NCBI GenBank assembly: GCA_964642015.1
Contig: CAZXLF010000007.1
Coordinates: forward strand, 75,964-139,963
Direction of reading: 5' to 3'
From: an uncultured Planctomycetia bacterium
GTDB lineage: Bacteria; Omnitrophota; Gorgyraeia; 2-02-FULL-51-18
DNA: 64,000 bases
Shown: piece by piece, positions 51,104-62,048 of the stretch
How the letters are laid out: the number at the start of each line of letters is the position of its first letter
How positions within the stretch are numbered: position 1 is the first letter of the stretch
The notes under the pieces: model-generated
Seen by the model: the letters and a program-made list of their open reading frames with translations, nothing else
Told to the model about the DNA's origin: nothing
The model's database searches: none
Position numbers and translations under genes: made by a program

Positions 51104-51880
51104 ATGAAGCGGAGTTCATGGGTTCTTTTGGTCTTGTTGACGGCAGGCCTATTCGGCTTTTCCAAGGTTTCATCCGCGAAAATTTCTGCGAGGCCCATCG
51201 AAGAACCGCAGATCATGAATCCTTCCGATCAATCATCGGATGACTATGAAAGAACAAAAGAGCTTCTTGAGATCTGGAAAGATCATGTGCGTACTGTCAC
51301 AAAAGAAAGAGATGAAGCTTATAAAGAGATAGAAACTTTAAAAAATCAAGGCGCATCCGCGCCGCCGGCCGTCCAAGAGGCGGCGAGTAGCTCTGACAAA
51401 GAGGATTCTGCCAGGCAGATCGAGTTTTTAAATGACAAAATGTCTCTTTTACAAAGAAAATATGAGGAACTTCAATCAGAAAACCAAAAACTCCGTGATT
51501 CAGCCTCTCAAGACCAGCAAAATCAAGTCAATGAAGCCCAGCTAGCGGGACTAAAAGCAAAAGCGGAAAAATTGAAGGTTGTTGAGAAAGAATACCAGGA
51601 AGCTAGGAATTACTTTGATTCTTATTTAAAAGAACTCGATACCAAGAATAAGAAATTAACAGATGAAAACGAATCGCTTAAATCCCAGATTCAAAATTCA
51701 GCAGAGGCCGGGAAAAAGAACCAAGAAGCGTTTGAGCAGGAATTATCCCAATTGAAGGCCGATAATGAAGAATTGCAGAAAACCCAGGCCCAGCAGTCAA
51801 AAACCATCCTTACTTTAAAGTCCACGATCAAGTCATCTTTGGATTCCCTGGACCCGAGCTGCAGCGACAAGCAGAAATAA
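51104..51880 (+). CDS. Exported coiled-coil protein
   Basis: Signal peptide and long heptad-rich region. Confidence 0.75.
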   Translation: MKRSSWVLLVLLTAGLFGFSKVSSAKISARPIEEPQIMNPSDQSSDDYERTKELLEIWKDHVRTVTKERDEAYKEIETLKNQGASAPPAVQEAASSSDKEDSARQIEFLNDKMSLLQRKYEELQSENQKLRDSASQDQQNQVNEAQLAGLKAKAEKLKVVEKEYQEARNYFDSYLKELDTKNKKLTDENESLKSQIQNSAEAGKKNQEAFEQELSQLKADNEELQKTQAQQSKTILTLKSTIKSSLDSLDPSCSDKQK

Positions 51881-51927
51881 TTTTTATTCGGCTGTTTGAC
51901 ATCCAAATTGCGTGATATAATACTGCT

Positions 51928-52110
51928 GTTCCCTGCGGTGCGCGTGGATCATGAGCGCTTTTCATGTGAATCCAACAATCAAATTGAAAGGGAGCTGAGT
52001 CAGGCATCTGTGTGCTGCCTCTTTCGAGGTTTGCCTTAAGGCGTCTGGGAGGTTCCCGCCCTATAATAGGGGATTCAATATGTGCGCGGCAGCACGGCAC
52101 CTGCGGGGCC
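51928..52110 (+). ncRNA. ssrS: Probable 6S RNA
   Basis: ~183 nt; 5' GTTCCCTGCGGTGC pairs with 3' GCACCTGCGGGGC; internal TTGAA...GGGAGCTG; extended -10 TGATATAAT at 51913-51921; between pheT region and rarA. Confidence 0.75.
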
Positions 52111-52120
52111 TTTTTAAGCT

Positions 52121-53434
52121 ATGGATCTATTCGAAGAACCCTCCAAGTCAAAATCTCAATCTCATGAACCTCTAGCTGTACGTGTAAGACCTCGTTCATT
52201 AAAAGAATTCGTTGGACAACAACATATCCTTGCGCCCGGAAAACTTCTTTCCAGAGCGATCACGTCCGATAAGATATCTTCATTGGTTCTTTATGGTCCT
52301 CCCGGAACCGGAAAAACAACTCTAGCTACGGTCATTTCCAATGAAACTAAATCATTCTTTGAACCCTTGAATGCTGTAACAAGTAATGTCACTGAGATAC
52401 GAAAAGCGATCGACCAGGCAAAGAAGCGCTATGAGGTAAAAAAACAGAAAACAATTCTTTTTATAGACGAGATCCACCGGTTTAATAAAGCACAGCAGGA
52501 TGTTTTGATGCCTGATGTGGAAAAGGGAAATCCGATCCTGATAGGTGCGACGACGCATAATCCTTATTTTTCTATCGTATCCGCTCTTTTGTCTCGTTCA
52601 CTCGTTTTTGAATTGAAACCTTTGGGCGCGAACGATGTTCGTACGATTTTAATGAACGCTTTAAAGGATAAAGAAAGAGGATTTGGAAATGTTTCAGTCG
52701 AGATAGATGATGACGCTTTTGATTTTTTGTCCAATATCTGTGACGGAGATGCCAGGCGCGCTTTGAATGCTTTGGAATTGGGTGTCATGACGACACCCAA
52801 ATCAGGAGAGACGATCCACTTTACCCGTAAAGTAGCTGAAGAATCGATACAGAAGAAGGCTGTGGTATATGACGCAGATGAAGACCAACATTATGATACT
52901 ATTTCCGCTTTTATTAAATCCATGAGAGGTTCAGACCCGGATGCGGCGATCTATTACCTGGCAAAAATGCTTTACGCCGGGGAAGACCCGCGTTTTATAG
53001 CTCGACGGATCGTTATTTGCGCATCTGAAGATATTGGTAATGCCGATCCTCAGGCGTTAGTCGTCGCTAATGCCGCTCTTCAAGTGTCGGAATTCATAGG
53101 AATGCCGGAAGCCAGGATCCCGTTGGCACAGGCCACGGTATATATCGCGTGTTCGCCTAAGTCAAATGCCTCCTATTTAGCGATAGAAGGCGCTATGAAG
53201 GATGTGGCTGAAAATAAGACTTTGGAGGTACCAACGCACCTTAAAGATGCTAGCTATAAGGGAGCCCAAGCTTTGGGACATGGAAAAGGTTATCAGTATG
53301 CTCATGATTTTGAAGGGCACTACGTCGAACAACAATATCTTGCTGAAAAAAGAAGGTATTACACTCCTACCGGACAAGGCCATGAAAAGACCTTTAAGGA
53401 GTATCTGGATTCGCTCAAGAAAGATTTAAGTTAA
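52121..53434 (+). CDS. rarA: Replication-associated recombination protein A
   Basis: [39 protein letters not shown]. Confidence 0.96.
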   Translation: MDLFEEPSKSKSQSHEPLAVRVRPRSLKEFVGQQHILAPGKLLSRAITSDKISSLVLYGPPGTGKTTLATVISNETKSFFEPLNAVTSNVTEIRKAIDQAKKRYEVKKQKTILFIDEIHRFNKAQQDVLMPDVEKGNPILIGATTHNPYFSIVSALLSRSLVFELKPLGANDVRTILMNALKDKERGFGNVSVEIDDDAFDFLSNICDGDARRALNALELGVMTTPKSGETIHFTRKVAEESIQKKAVVYDADEDQHYDTISAFIKSMRGSDPDAAIYYLAKMLYAGEDPRFIARRIVICASEDIGNADPQALVVANAALQVSEFIGMPEARIPLAQATVYIACSPKSNASYLAIEGAMKDVAENKTLEVPTHLKDASYKGAQALGHGKGYQYAHDFEGHYVEQQYLAEKRRYYTPTGQGHEKTFKEYLDSLKKDLS

Positions 53435-53684
53435 GGGAATAGTAATAGTACAATTAGGGCTTATCGTGTGCATACTTTCAATAAAACCTTAAGTTATTCT
53501 TTTTGCTTGTTATTTATACATTGATATACTATTATATACATTCCGTTAAAAGGTTTAGAAGAAGAAGCTAAAATTTAGTTTTATTATATATTAATTCACT
53601 GCCATATGTGTTGTGAGCAGTGTTTTTGTGGTTTGGAATCTTTTTTTAATAAAGAGTTTTATCATACTCTAGCGTTTAGTTTTT

Positions 53685-55265
53685 ATGTTTAGGGAGGAAA
53701 ACGGTTTGGCTGGCGGCGGATCTGGTGTTGGCTTTTATATGGCTGATAAACGCATCTATTTAGTAGAGTTGCGTAAGGAATTTGGAGGGATCCAAGTGGT
53801 TCGTTATGCAGAGGCAGAAGTAGAGCTGACAGAAAACAATCTGCCTAAGGAGTTTTCCTCTCAAACGGTGAGACAAGCATTTGAGAAAGCCGGTATAAAA
53901 TCAGAGAATGTTATCGTGGCTCTTGCAGAAAAAGAGTCCATGACTCGGTATTTCGACATGCCTTTATTGCCAAAAAAGGAATGGAAGAATTCGGTCCGTT
54001 TCGAAGCGCAGAAATACCTGCCTTTTGATGTCAGAGATCTTTATTCTGATTTTAAAGTAATACCCGACAAAACAAAAAAGCGGATGAGCGTGATGTTCCT
54101 GGCGGCGAAAAGACATGCCGCGGACCTGATACTGGAATTCATCCACCAGGCAGGACTAAGCGTTAGTTCTATGGAATCTGTATCAGTTTCGTTCGTAAGA
54201 CTGCTATATTCCCAGCAGCCTTGGAAGATCACAGATGTGTTTGGCGTTTTAGATATAGGTGAGGAAGGCAATTTGAACATAGCGATCATCAAGGGCAATA
54301 AACTCCTCATGACCCGTAATTGTTTCTTTACTATCTCTCAGGGATCGGCGCCATCCGCGAATTTTGAATCCTTTACGGGAGAAGTGCGCCTATCTTTGAA
54401 CTATTTTATGAAGAATTTCAAAGATGAAAAAATACAATATTTAATTTTTTGTGGCGATACGGAAAGGAATTTTCCTCAGTGGGATGAATCGTTAGGAAAT
54501 GAACTTGAAATTTCGGTCAAGAAATTTTATCCGACAAAAATATTTGGAAAATCTTTACCTTATTCTTCCGGGCTTGCTGCGGCGATCGGTGCTGCTTTGA
54601 AACCTTTAGCTTCTGATAATACACCGCATTTTAATCTTATTCCTCCGGAAAAAGCGAAAAGATTCAGCGCTTTACCGATGTCCCAGGAGCAGGAAAACAG
54701 TCTTCTTAAAAAAACGCTGATCACCGGAGGTATTGTTGTTCTGATCGTTCTGATCGCACTCAAGATATCGTTGACGATCGTTGCGTTATCCAGGACGCAG
54801 ACCATCAATGAAATAAAAAAACCGTTCATTAACGAAGCAGGGGGCCTGGCTTACTTAACCAAGGACCAGCTTGAAGAGAAAAAGACCGAGTTTGGCAATA
54901 AATTGCAATTTTTTGATTCTTTAGTGGGCCGGCGTGTATTCTGGACCTCTAAAATGAATGAGATAGCCAAATTATTACCGGATAATATGAGCCTGCTTAC
55001 GTTAGATTATACGGATAATGAAGATAGAGACGGACAGAGCACTCAATCTTTGACTATAGAAGGCACGGTATTTTCAGATCCCGGAGCCGAACTTTCCGCA
55101 GTAAATAGCTTTGTCATGGCGCTGGGTAAAAGCGAAGAATTCATGAAGGGCTTCGAGGAGATCAAAATATCTTCTATTCAAAAGAATTTCATGGAAAATT
55201 TAACGACGACTAAATTTACCATAGTATGTTTACCTCATGCTATTAAACAAAATAACTCGCCATGA
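53685..55265 (+). CDS. pilM: Type IV pilus PilM-PilN fusion
   Basis: Actin-like PilM (FEAQKYLPF, LDIG, AIGAAL), then FNLIP, TM and PilN-like domain. Confidence 0.82.
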   Translation: MFREENGLAGGGSGVGFYMADKRIYLVELRKEFGGIQVVRYAEAEVELTENNLPKEFSSQTVRQAFEKAGIKSENVIVALAEKESMTRYFDMPLLPKKEWKNSVRFEAQKYLPFDVRDLYSDFKVIPDKTKKRMSVMFLAAKRHAADLILEFIHQAGLSVSSMESVSVSFVRLLYSQQPWKITDVFGVLDIGEEGNLNIAIIKGNKLLMTRNCFFTISQGSAPSANFESFTGEVRLSLNYFMKNFKDEKIQYLIFCGDTERNFPQWDESLGNELEISVKKFYPTKIFGKSLPYSSGLAAAIGAALKPLASDNTPHFNLIPPEKAKRFSALPMSQEQENSLLKKTLITGGIVVLIVLIALKISLTIVALSRTQTINEIKKPFINEAGGLAYLTKDQLEEKKTEFGNKLQFFDSLVGRRVFWTSKMNEIAKLLPDNMSLLTLDYTDNEDRDGQSTQSLTIEGTVFSDPGAELSAVNSFVMALGKSEEFMKGFEEIKISSIQKNFMENLTTTKFTIVCLPHAIKQNNSP

Positions 55266-55804
55266 TTACTAACATACCTGAATCGGTCCAAAAAAAATTA
55301 TTATTCCTGATTGTATCGCTCTTGTTGGCTGGATTCATGCTGGCAAATAATATCATTGTCAGTCCTTTTGTCAGCAAATTAAAGTCCCTATATTCTGAAC
55401 AGACCGGCATTAACTATAAACGGCAGCTTGTTCAAGAGATAGGCGGCCTTGATAAAAAATTAGGCTCGTATAAATCCTCATTTCCTGAGAATAAGCAGGT
55501 TTCTTGGTTCATTGAAGAACTCAATAAAATGGCCGAGCAATCATCCGTCTCTCTGACTTCTATAGCGCCTGTGAACGATGAGAATAGAGGAGATTATCAA
55601 AAGAGCATCATGAAGCTTGAAACACAATGCACCTATCACGAATTGGGAGATTTTGTAAGTCGGATCGAGAGCTCGTCTCGCTTCATCAAGATTTCAGGCT
55701 TTCGCGCGGAATTGATCACTGAAGGCAAAAAAGTTCCGGGTAAAAATATTAGGGCTATTCTTTCGATAAGTTTTTTTTATCCGGCTAAGGTGATGGCAAA
55801 ATGA
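55262..55804 (+). CDS. pilO: Type IV pilus PilO
   Basis: TM, coiled coil, YHELGDFVSRIE...RFI. Confidence 0.85.
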   Translation: MITNIPESVQKKLLFLIVSLLLAGFMLANNIIVSPFVSKLKSLYSEQTGINYKRQLVQEIGGLDKKLGSYKSSFPENKQVSWFIEELNKMAEQSSVSLTSIAPVNDENRGDYQKSIMKLETQCTYHELGDFVSRIESSSRFIKISGFRAELITEGKKVPGKNIRAILSISFFYPAKVMAK

Positions 55805-56151
55805 AAAAGATAGCCTGTCTATTTTTAATACTTGTGATCGTGATGCTATCTAAAGATTCACATGCTATTGAATATACTGGCCAATCTTTAAGAGACCCGT
55901 TCAGTAGTACCAAAATGGGCGGATCCAGCATAAAAGATGAGATCGCAACGCTCTCATTTACTTTGGAAGGTTTTGTGTGGAATACGAAACGTCCTCAGGC
56001 GATCATCAATGGGCAGGTTGTGGAAGTTGGAAGCAAAATTGAAAATGCGGAAATTCTTGACATTCAAAAAGGAGGTGTCAAAATGCGTTATAAAGGGAAA
56101 GAATTTTTTTTAAGGCCTAAAAAAACAGAAGCTGAGAAGTCAAAGTCATGA
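55801..56151 (+). CDS. PilP-like assembly protein
   Basis: LRDPF, LEG..W....QAIING; position before the secretin. Confidence 0.7.
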   Translation: MKKIACLFLILVIVMLSKDSHAIEYTGQSLRDPFSSTKMGGSSIKDEIATLSFTLEGFVWNTKRPQAIINGQVVEVGSKIENAEILDIQKGGVKMRYKGKEFFLRPKKTEAEKSKS

Positions 56152-57953
56152 AAAAATTAAAATCTTTTTTGGTATTGTTTTTTCTGCTTGTTGTTCCTTC
56201 GATTACTTTTGGGGCGCCTGAAGATCCTTCTCCAAAAGGAGAATTCGGTTATCAACCTATCTCCATAGAAGTAGACGGGGCCCCTTTGAAGGAAGTGCTT
56301 AAAATATTTTCCGAGCAATCCGGACTTAGTTTCATCGCAAGCCAGGAGGTTGAAAATAAAAGAGTCACGGTGTATTTGGAAAATGTTCCTGCCGGCGATG
56401 CAATGGAAAGTATTTTGGCGGCGAATAATCTTCGTTATGAAAGAAAAAAGAGCGGCATTTTTGTCGTTTATCCCAATATATCAACAAGTCTTACCGCGCC
56501 TGGACAAGGGGCCGCAGCCGGCGCGGCCGGACCGGCGATGCAGACTAAGATTTTTCATATCAAATATTCCCGTTTATCGATCTCTCCTATGGATGTGGCT
56601 GGTAAAAACATGATCGAAGATCTACCTACTAAGGATTCAACCGGCGGCCAAGCAGCTCCATCTGCTCCCAGCGAAGAAAATCCCAACAAAGGATCGGATA
56701 AGAACTCAACTGAAAAAACGAATCTTATGGCTGAGAGAGGCATTGATAAGATTGTGGCAAGCATCCTCTCTGAAAATGGCAAAGTCGCTGTTGATATTAG
56801 TACAAATAGTCTGATTGTCACAGATACGGCTGAAAAATTATTGGACGTTGAGAAAGTCATTTCAAAGATCGATGTGCCGCCGTCCCAGATCATGGTCGAA
56901 GTTCAGATGATGGAGGTCAAAAAAGGATTATTGGAAGATATTGGAGTTGAGTGGGGAGGCGCGAACGGTTCTCTTGCTTCGTTTACAGGATCGGCCCGAA
57001 GCTTAGGATTCCCTTTAACCACTAACGCATTTACTAAAACAAAGGGAATTAACATTTCAGATCCTTTAGCCGGTACATCAAGTAGTGGATCGGGCGGCGG
57101 TTCAGGCGGCAGTTCAGGCCCTATTATTACTCCTACTTTAAAGCTAGGCGTACTGAGTTTTGCTGACTATCAAGAGATTTTGCATTTTATTACAAGTCAG
57201 ACCGATACGAAAATTCTAGCAAGGCCACGCGTATTAACATTGAACAATGAAGCGGCCAATATAAACCTGGTTACAAAAACAGTCGTAGGAACTAAGAATA
57301 CGTTGGTTACGTCCCAGTCTTTGACCACTTTTACGACTGGGGAGGCAGTTACGGCTGATACCGGTATTACGCTCAAAATGACACCTCAGATCAATGATGA
57401 TCAGACGATTTCGTTCTTTTTACAGCCATCCATTACGACAGTTGCGGCATCCGATTTCTTTCCAACTCAGTTCTTAGAGCCGACAACTCGTACAGTTAGG
57501 ACGCTTGTTCGTGTCAAAGATAATGAAGCGCTGGTTATTGGAGGCTTGATCGATGACAATGAAATTGTTACCAATAAGAAGATACCATTGCTTGGAAATC
57601 TCCCATTGGTTGGTAATGCCTTCAACTATAAGCATAAAAGCCGGAATGACCGCGAGTTCTTGATATTTATTACCCCTCATATTATCAAAAAATATGACAG
57701 CCTGGCATCCGAAAATGCTAAGGATATTAATAGAGACATCGCGATCGACAGAATGCTCGATCAATTTTCTGATGATGAGGTCAATAGGACCATTGGACCC
57801 ATACAAACCATTGAACAATCTAATATCAGAGGCGCTACAAGTTATCGACCGCCTGTTGATAGGTCGAAAGTTGATAATCCTTTTGATCATGTTGTTGATA
57901 AAGAAATGGCGCACACGCTGGATTCGATGAACCAACAAAAACCGAAAGCCTAA
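56148..57953 (+). CDS. pilQ: Secretin (PilQ/GspD family)
   Basis: STN-like N-domain, TNSLIVTD, ARPRVLTLNN, KIPLLGNLPLVG.AF, LIFITPHII. Confidence 0.9.
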   Translation: MKKLKSFLVLFFLLVVPSITFGAPEDPSPKGEFGYQPISIEVDGAPLKEVLKIFSEQSGLSFIASQEVENKRVTVYLENVPAGDAMESILAANNLRYERKKSGIFVVYPNISTSLTAPGQGAAAGAAGPAMQTKIFHIKYSRLSISPMDVAGKNMIEDLPTKDSTGGQAAPSAPSEENPNKGSDKNSTEKTNLMAERGIDKIVASILSENGKVAVDISTNSLIVTDTAEKLLDVEKVISKIDVPPSQIMVEVQMMEVKKGLLEDIGVEWGGANGSLASFTGSARSLGFPLTTNAFTKTKGINISDPLAGTSSSGSGGGSGGSSGPIITPTLKLGVLSFADYQEILHFITSQTDTKILARPRVLTLNNEAANINLVTKTVVGTKNTLVTSQSLTTFTTGEAVTADTGITLKMTPQINDDQTISFFLQPSITTVAASDFFPTQFLEPTTRTVRTLVRVKDNEALVIGGLIDDNEIVTNKKIPLLGNLPLVGNAFNYKHKSRNDREFLIFITPHIIKKYDSLASENAKDINRDIAIDRMLDQFSDDEVNRTIGPIQTIEQSNIRGATSYRPPVDRSKVDNPFDHVVDKEMAHTLDSMNQQKPKA

Positions 57954-57958
57954 AGATA

Positions 57959-59671
57959 ATGACTAAAAAGCATTTACGGCTTGGAGAATTGCTCTTAAAA
58001 GAAGGTTTGATCACTCAAGAGCAGCTCTTAAAAGTCCTTGAACTTCAAAAAAAAGGTTCTCCGGACGCAGTCGGCACTCTGCTTTTTAAACTTGGTGCTA
58101 TTACGGAAAAAGAACTTATCGAGACTCTGAGCAAGCAGCTTGGCATTCCTTTTATGACAAAAGAGAACGGTCTTTTGAAACCTGTCGCCGATCAGGAATT
58201 GAATAAACTTATTCCGGAAGAATTTGCTAGGAAACATTGCATCATTCCGATCTCCAAGCATTTTAAATCTCTGACGATCGCGTTTTCAGATCCGACGGAT
58301 GTCGTCTTGATCGATAATCTTCGCAAGATCACCGGAATGGATATACAAAGAGTAGTCGCTTTAAAAAATGACATTGAGTTATCGATAGACGAATTTTACG
58401 GCGAAGGCGGCATGTTAAAAAGTGTTGTCGAAGCTTCTTATACCGGTAGAAAACATGATGCACGTTTGGAATCCGAGGATCAGTTATCTCTGGATGATAT
58501 TGTTGCCAATGCCGAAAAGGCGCCGGTGGTCAGATTGGCAGATCTTTTGATCCGTCAGGCGATCAAACAGCACGCCAGCGATATCCATATCGAGCCTTCG
58601 CCAGACAAAGTGACAATTCGTTTTCGTATCGATGGAGTGCTTCAAGAAATTCCATCACCGGATAAGTCCATGGCCCTTCCTCTTGTATCGCGACTTAAGC
58701 TATTAGCCAAGATGGACATAGCGGAGAAACGTCTACCTCAAGATGGCAGTTTTCGTGCTAGTATCGAAAACCGGCTCATTGATTTCCGTGTTTCCACGGT
58801 ACCCACGATCAACGGAGAAAAAATGGTTTTGAGGATCCTTGATCGCTCATCAGTATCTTTGGATCTTGTTAAACTTGGATTTAATGGAAATGATCTTGCG
58901 GTTTTTAGAAAAGCGATCTCTAGGCCGTATGGAATGATCCTGTTGACTGGACCGACCGGAAGCGGAAAAACCACGACACTTTATGCAGCCCTCAATGAGA
59001 TCAAGGGCACGGATAAGAACATTACGACCATCGAAGATCCGGTCGAATATCAGATCGCCGGTATTAATCAAGTACAAGTGAAGCCATCTATTGGTTTGAC
59101 ATTTGCCAGTGGCTTGAGGTCATTCTTGAGGCAAGATCCAGACATCATGCTTGTCGGAGAGATCCGCGATCTTGATACGGCTCAAATATGTGTACGAGCG
59201 GCACTTACCGGTCATCTGGTTTTCAGCACCCTTCATACAAACGACGCTCCATCCGCAATAAGCCGGCTTGTCGATATTGGTATAGAACCATTTTTTGTGA
59301 CGTCGTCTCTTTTGATGGTAGTAGCCCAAAGACTGATCCGAAAATTGTGTCCAAAATGTAAAGAATCTTACAAACCTTTGCATAATCAATTACCCACCGG
59401 ATTTAAAATGACCTCTGATGTTATTTATCGTGCTAAAGGTTGTGAATACTGTTCCGGGACAGGCTACATGGGACGCTTAGCCGTAGCGGAAATCATGAGC
59501 ATGACTGAAGAAATTGAACAATTAATTCAAAAAAGAGCCACTACTTCAGATATCAAAAATTCCGCTAGAAAAGCCGGCATGGTAACGCTTGAAGAAAGCG
59601 GATATAACAAGGTTTTAACAGGTGAGACCTCACTCGAAGAAGTTATTCGGGTGACGATGGCGAATATTTAA
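57959..59671 (+). CDS. pilB: Type IV pilus assembly ATPase
   Basis: MshEN-like RLGELL..EG.IT..QL, GPTGSGKTTT, LRQDPD, CPKC/CEYC. Confidence 0.93.
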   Translation: MTKKHLRLGELLLKEGLITQEQLLKVLELQKKGSPDAVGTLLFKLGAITEKELIETLSKQLGIPFMTKENGLLKPVADQELNKLIPEEFARKHCIIPISKHFKSLTIAFSDPTDVVLIDNLRKITGMDIQRVVALKNDIELSIDEFYGEGGMLKSVVEASYTGRKHDARLESEDQLSLDDIVANAEKAPVVRLADLLIRQAIKQHASDIHIEPSPDKVTIRFRIDGVLQEIPSPDKSMALPLVSRLKLLAKMDIAEKRLPQDGSFRASIENRLIDFRVSTVPTINGEKMVLRILDRSSVSLDLVKLGFNGNDLAVFRKAISRPYGMILLTGPTGSGKTTTLYAALNEIKGTDKNITTIEDPVEYQIAGINQVQVKPSIGLTFASGLRSFLRQDPDIMLVGEIRDLDTAQICVRAALTGHLVFSTLHTNDAPSAISRLVDIGIEPFFVTSSLLMVVAQRLIRKLCPKCKESYKPLHNQLPTGFKMTSDVIYRAKGCEYCSGTGYMGRLAVAEIMSMTEEIEQLIQKRATTSDIKNSARKAGMVTLEESGYNKVLTGETSLEEVIRVTMANI

Positions 59672-59687
59672 TACATCAGAGGTCATA

Positions 59688-60905
59688 TTGCCCATATACG
59701 CCTATACTGCTCGCGATAAAGATGGGAAGGTTATAAACGGAACCCAGGAAGCGGCAAGCGAATATGCGGCGATCAAGATCCTTCAAACGCGTGATTTAAT
59801 TCTGACGAAAATAAATGATGCCAGCTCTGAACTTGAAAGTCAGCGAGTATCAAAATCAAGGCAACACAAGCGCGTAAGGTCATCGGATCTGCTCTTTTTT
59901 GTTAGACAATTAGCCATTCTTTTAGATGCAGGAATACCTATATTACGTTCGATCGACATGCTTTTTGCACAAGTCCAAAGCGAACATCTTGCTTCGACTG
60001 TAGATAGTGTAAAGGCGGATATAAAGGCGGGTATTACCCTTAGGGATGCTGTTTCAAAACATCCAAAGGTTTTTCCTACGCTTTGGGTCTATTTGATAGA
60101 AGCAGGCGAAACCAGCGGTAATTTACCGCTGGTTTTGAATCAATTGGCAGATCATTTGGAATCGAGCATGAATTTGCGAAAAAAAGTCGTTTCGGCTTTG
60201 ATTTATCCGGCCGTGCTTCTTATAGTAGCTTTTGTTGCGTTATTGATCTTCTTATTGAAGATCATTCCGGTTTTTTCTAATCTTTTCAATATGTTCCATG
60301 CTAAATTACCACCAATTACTCTGATAGTGATTGGTGTCAGCACATTTTTGCAACATTTTATCGTTTATATCGTTCTTGGTATCGCTCTATTGGTTTATTT
60401 ACTAAAACGTTATATAGCTACTCCGCACGGTCGCAGGGATATAGATAAAAAGCTAATTGCTATTCCGCTTATCGGAGGTTATGTGCGGGATTCGGTCTTG
60501 GTACGTATTACGATCAATTTATCTACACTCCTTCAGAGTGGCGTCAATCTCCTCAGGAGCCTTGAAATCGCTTCACAAACAGCAGGAAATACTCTATATC
60601 AGGCGGCTCTAAATAATGTCGCTCACGATGTTAAACAAGGTAAACCTTTATCTTTTTCTCTTAATCAAAGCCGGCTTTTTCCTCCAATGATGATCGACAT
60701 GATCACGGTGGGGGAAGAAAGTGGTACTTTACCCAATATGTTAACGCGTTTGGCGAAGTATTACGAAGATAGGGTCGAAACTTTTACAGGTAGATTGGGT
60801 ACCTTAATTGAGCCAATAATTTTGATAGGAGTTGGATCATTAATAGGTTTTCTAGTAGTATCTATCTTCTTGCCAATATTTAGCTTAAGTACAGTTATAA
60901 AATGA
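59688..60905 (+). CDS. pilC: Type IV pilus platform protein
   Basis: Two T2SSF domains: AGETSGNL, VGEESGTL, IEP. Confidence 0.93.
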   Translation: MPIYAYTARDKDGKVINGTQEAASEYAAIKILQTRDLILTKINDASSELESQRVSKSRQHKRVRSSDLLFFVRQLAILLDAGIPILRSIDMLFAQVQSEHLASTVDSVKADIKAGITLRDAVSKHPKVFPTLWVYLIEAGETSGNLPLVLNQLADHLESSMNLRKKVVSALIYPAVLLIVAFVALLIFLLKIIPVFSNLFNMFHAKLPPITLIVIGVSTFLQHFIVYIVLGIALLVYLLKRYIATPHGRRDIDKKLIAIPLIGGYVRDSVLVRITINLSTLLQSGVNLLRSLEIASQTAGNTLYQAALNNVAHDVKQGKPLSFSLNQSRLFPPMMIDMITVGEESGTLPNMLTRLAKYYEDRVETFTGRLGTLIEPIILIGVGSLIGFLVVSIFLPIFSLSTVIK

Positions 60906-60920
60906 CTTTAAAAAGAACAT

Positions 60921-60949
60921 TTGAAAATTGTTATTGAATGTGGTATGAT
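60921..60949 (+). promoter_or_regulatory. Sigma70 promoter for the pilin genes
   Basis: TTGAAA-17-TATGAT with extended TG. Confidence 0.6.
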
Positions 60950-61016
60950 TAAGGCCATCATAAAGATCAACATGATCTTTAAGGAGTAGGTAGTGAAAAC
61001 AAAAGGGGGGAGTATC

Positions 61017-61436
61017 ATGAGAAAAGAAAACGGTTTAAAAAGGCTCAACAGCAAAGGCTTTACGCTGATTGAAGTCTTGATCGTAGTGATCATCATTGCG
61101 GTATTAGCCGGCCTTGCTGTTCCTATGTTCCGTGGCACTGTTGAAAAGTCACGGAAAACAGAAGCTGAGGGTGTTCTTTCTGCGACTCGGCATTCCGAAC
61201 TGCGTTACTTTGCAGCAAATAACACTTACACCACTACTGTGGCTTCTTTGGATTACAATCCAACAGCCGCGGATACGTCGGGACAAACAGTACACTTTAC
61301 CTATACCATCCCAACAGGGGGTGCTACTACGCTGACAGTCACAGCAACGCGTAACACCGTTGATGGTGGAGATGGAACAAGTACAGTGTCTATTAATCAG
61401 GCGGGTGTTGTTACAGGCACAGGCGTTTTCGCATAA
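61017..61436 (+). CDS. Type IV major pilin, copy 1
   Basis: KG|FTLIEVLIVVIIIAVLAGLAVP. Confidence 0.93.
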   Translation: MRKENGLKRLNSKGFTLIEVLIVVIIIAVLAGLAVPMFRGTVEKSRKTEAEGVLSATRHSELRYFAANNTYTTTVASLDYNPTAADTSGQTVHFTYTIPTGGATTLTVTATRNTVDGGDGTSTVSINQAGVVTGTGVFA

Positions 61437-61532
61437 TACTTTTGCGAGCCTATTCTTATTTTGTTTACGCTCTTGATATCTATTGAGAGGGCTGCTGAAT
61501 GATGAGAATGGGATGGGACGGAGGATTATATT

Positions 61533-61955
61533 ATGATGATGAGAGGCAAACGAGCGACGAAACTTAATAAGAACGGTTTTACTCTTATTGAAGTCTTGAT
61601 CGTAGTGATCATCATTGCGGTATTAGCCGGCCTTGCTGTTCCTATGTTCCGTGGCACTGTTGAAAAGTCACGGAAAACAGAAGCTGAGGGTGTTCTTTCT
61701 GCGACTCGGCATTCCGAACTGCGTTACTTTGCAGCAAATAACACTTACACCACTACTGTGGCTTCTTTGGATTACAATCCAACAGCCGCGGATACGTCGG
61801 GACAAACAGTACACTTTACCTATACCATCCCAACAGGGGGTGCTACTACGCTGACAGTCACAGCAACGCGTAACACCGTTGATGGTGGAGATGGAACAAG
61901 TACAGTGTCTATTAATCAGGCGGGTGTTGTTACAGGCACAGGCGTTTTCGCATAG
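61533..61955 (+). CDS. Type IV major pilin, copy 2 (identical mature protein)
   Basis: NG|FTLIEV...; nt 61587-61954 match 61068-61435. Confidence 0.93.
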   Translation: MMMRGKRATKLNKNGFTLIEVLIVVIIIAVLAGLAVPMFRGTVEKSRKTEAEGVLSATRHSELRYFAANNTYTTTVASLDYNPTAADTSGQTVHFTYTIPTGGATTLTVTATRNTVDGGDGTSTVSINQAGVVTGTGVFA

Positions 61956-61990
61956 TGATTATTTACGCTTAGTTGCGTAACTAAAAAAGA

Positions 61991-62035
61991 ATAGGCAAAA
62001 ACGAACTCATTTTTGGGACGTTTTTGCCTATCTTT
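61991..62035 (+). terminator. Stem-loop after the major pilins
   Basis: ATAGGCAAAAACG...CGTTTTTGCCTAT 13-bp stem followed by CTTT. Confidence 0.55.
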
Positions 62036-62048
62036 ATCTAGGGGTCTG

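Noticed and set aside
61068-61954. Pilin repeat as a DGR template/variable pair or shufflon
   Set aside because: No adenine-specific mismatches, reverse transcriptase, invertase or inverted recombination sites.
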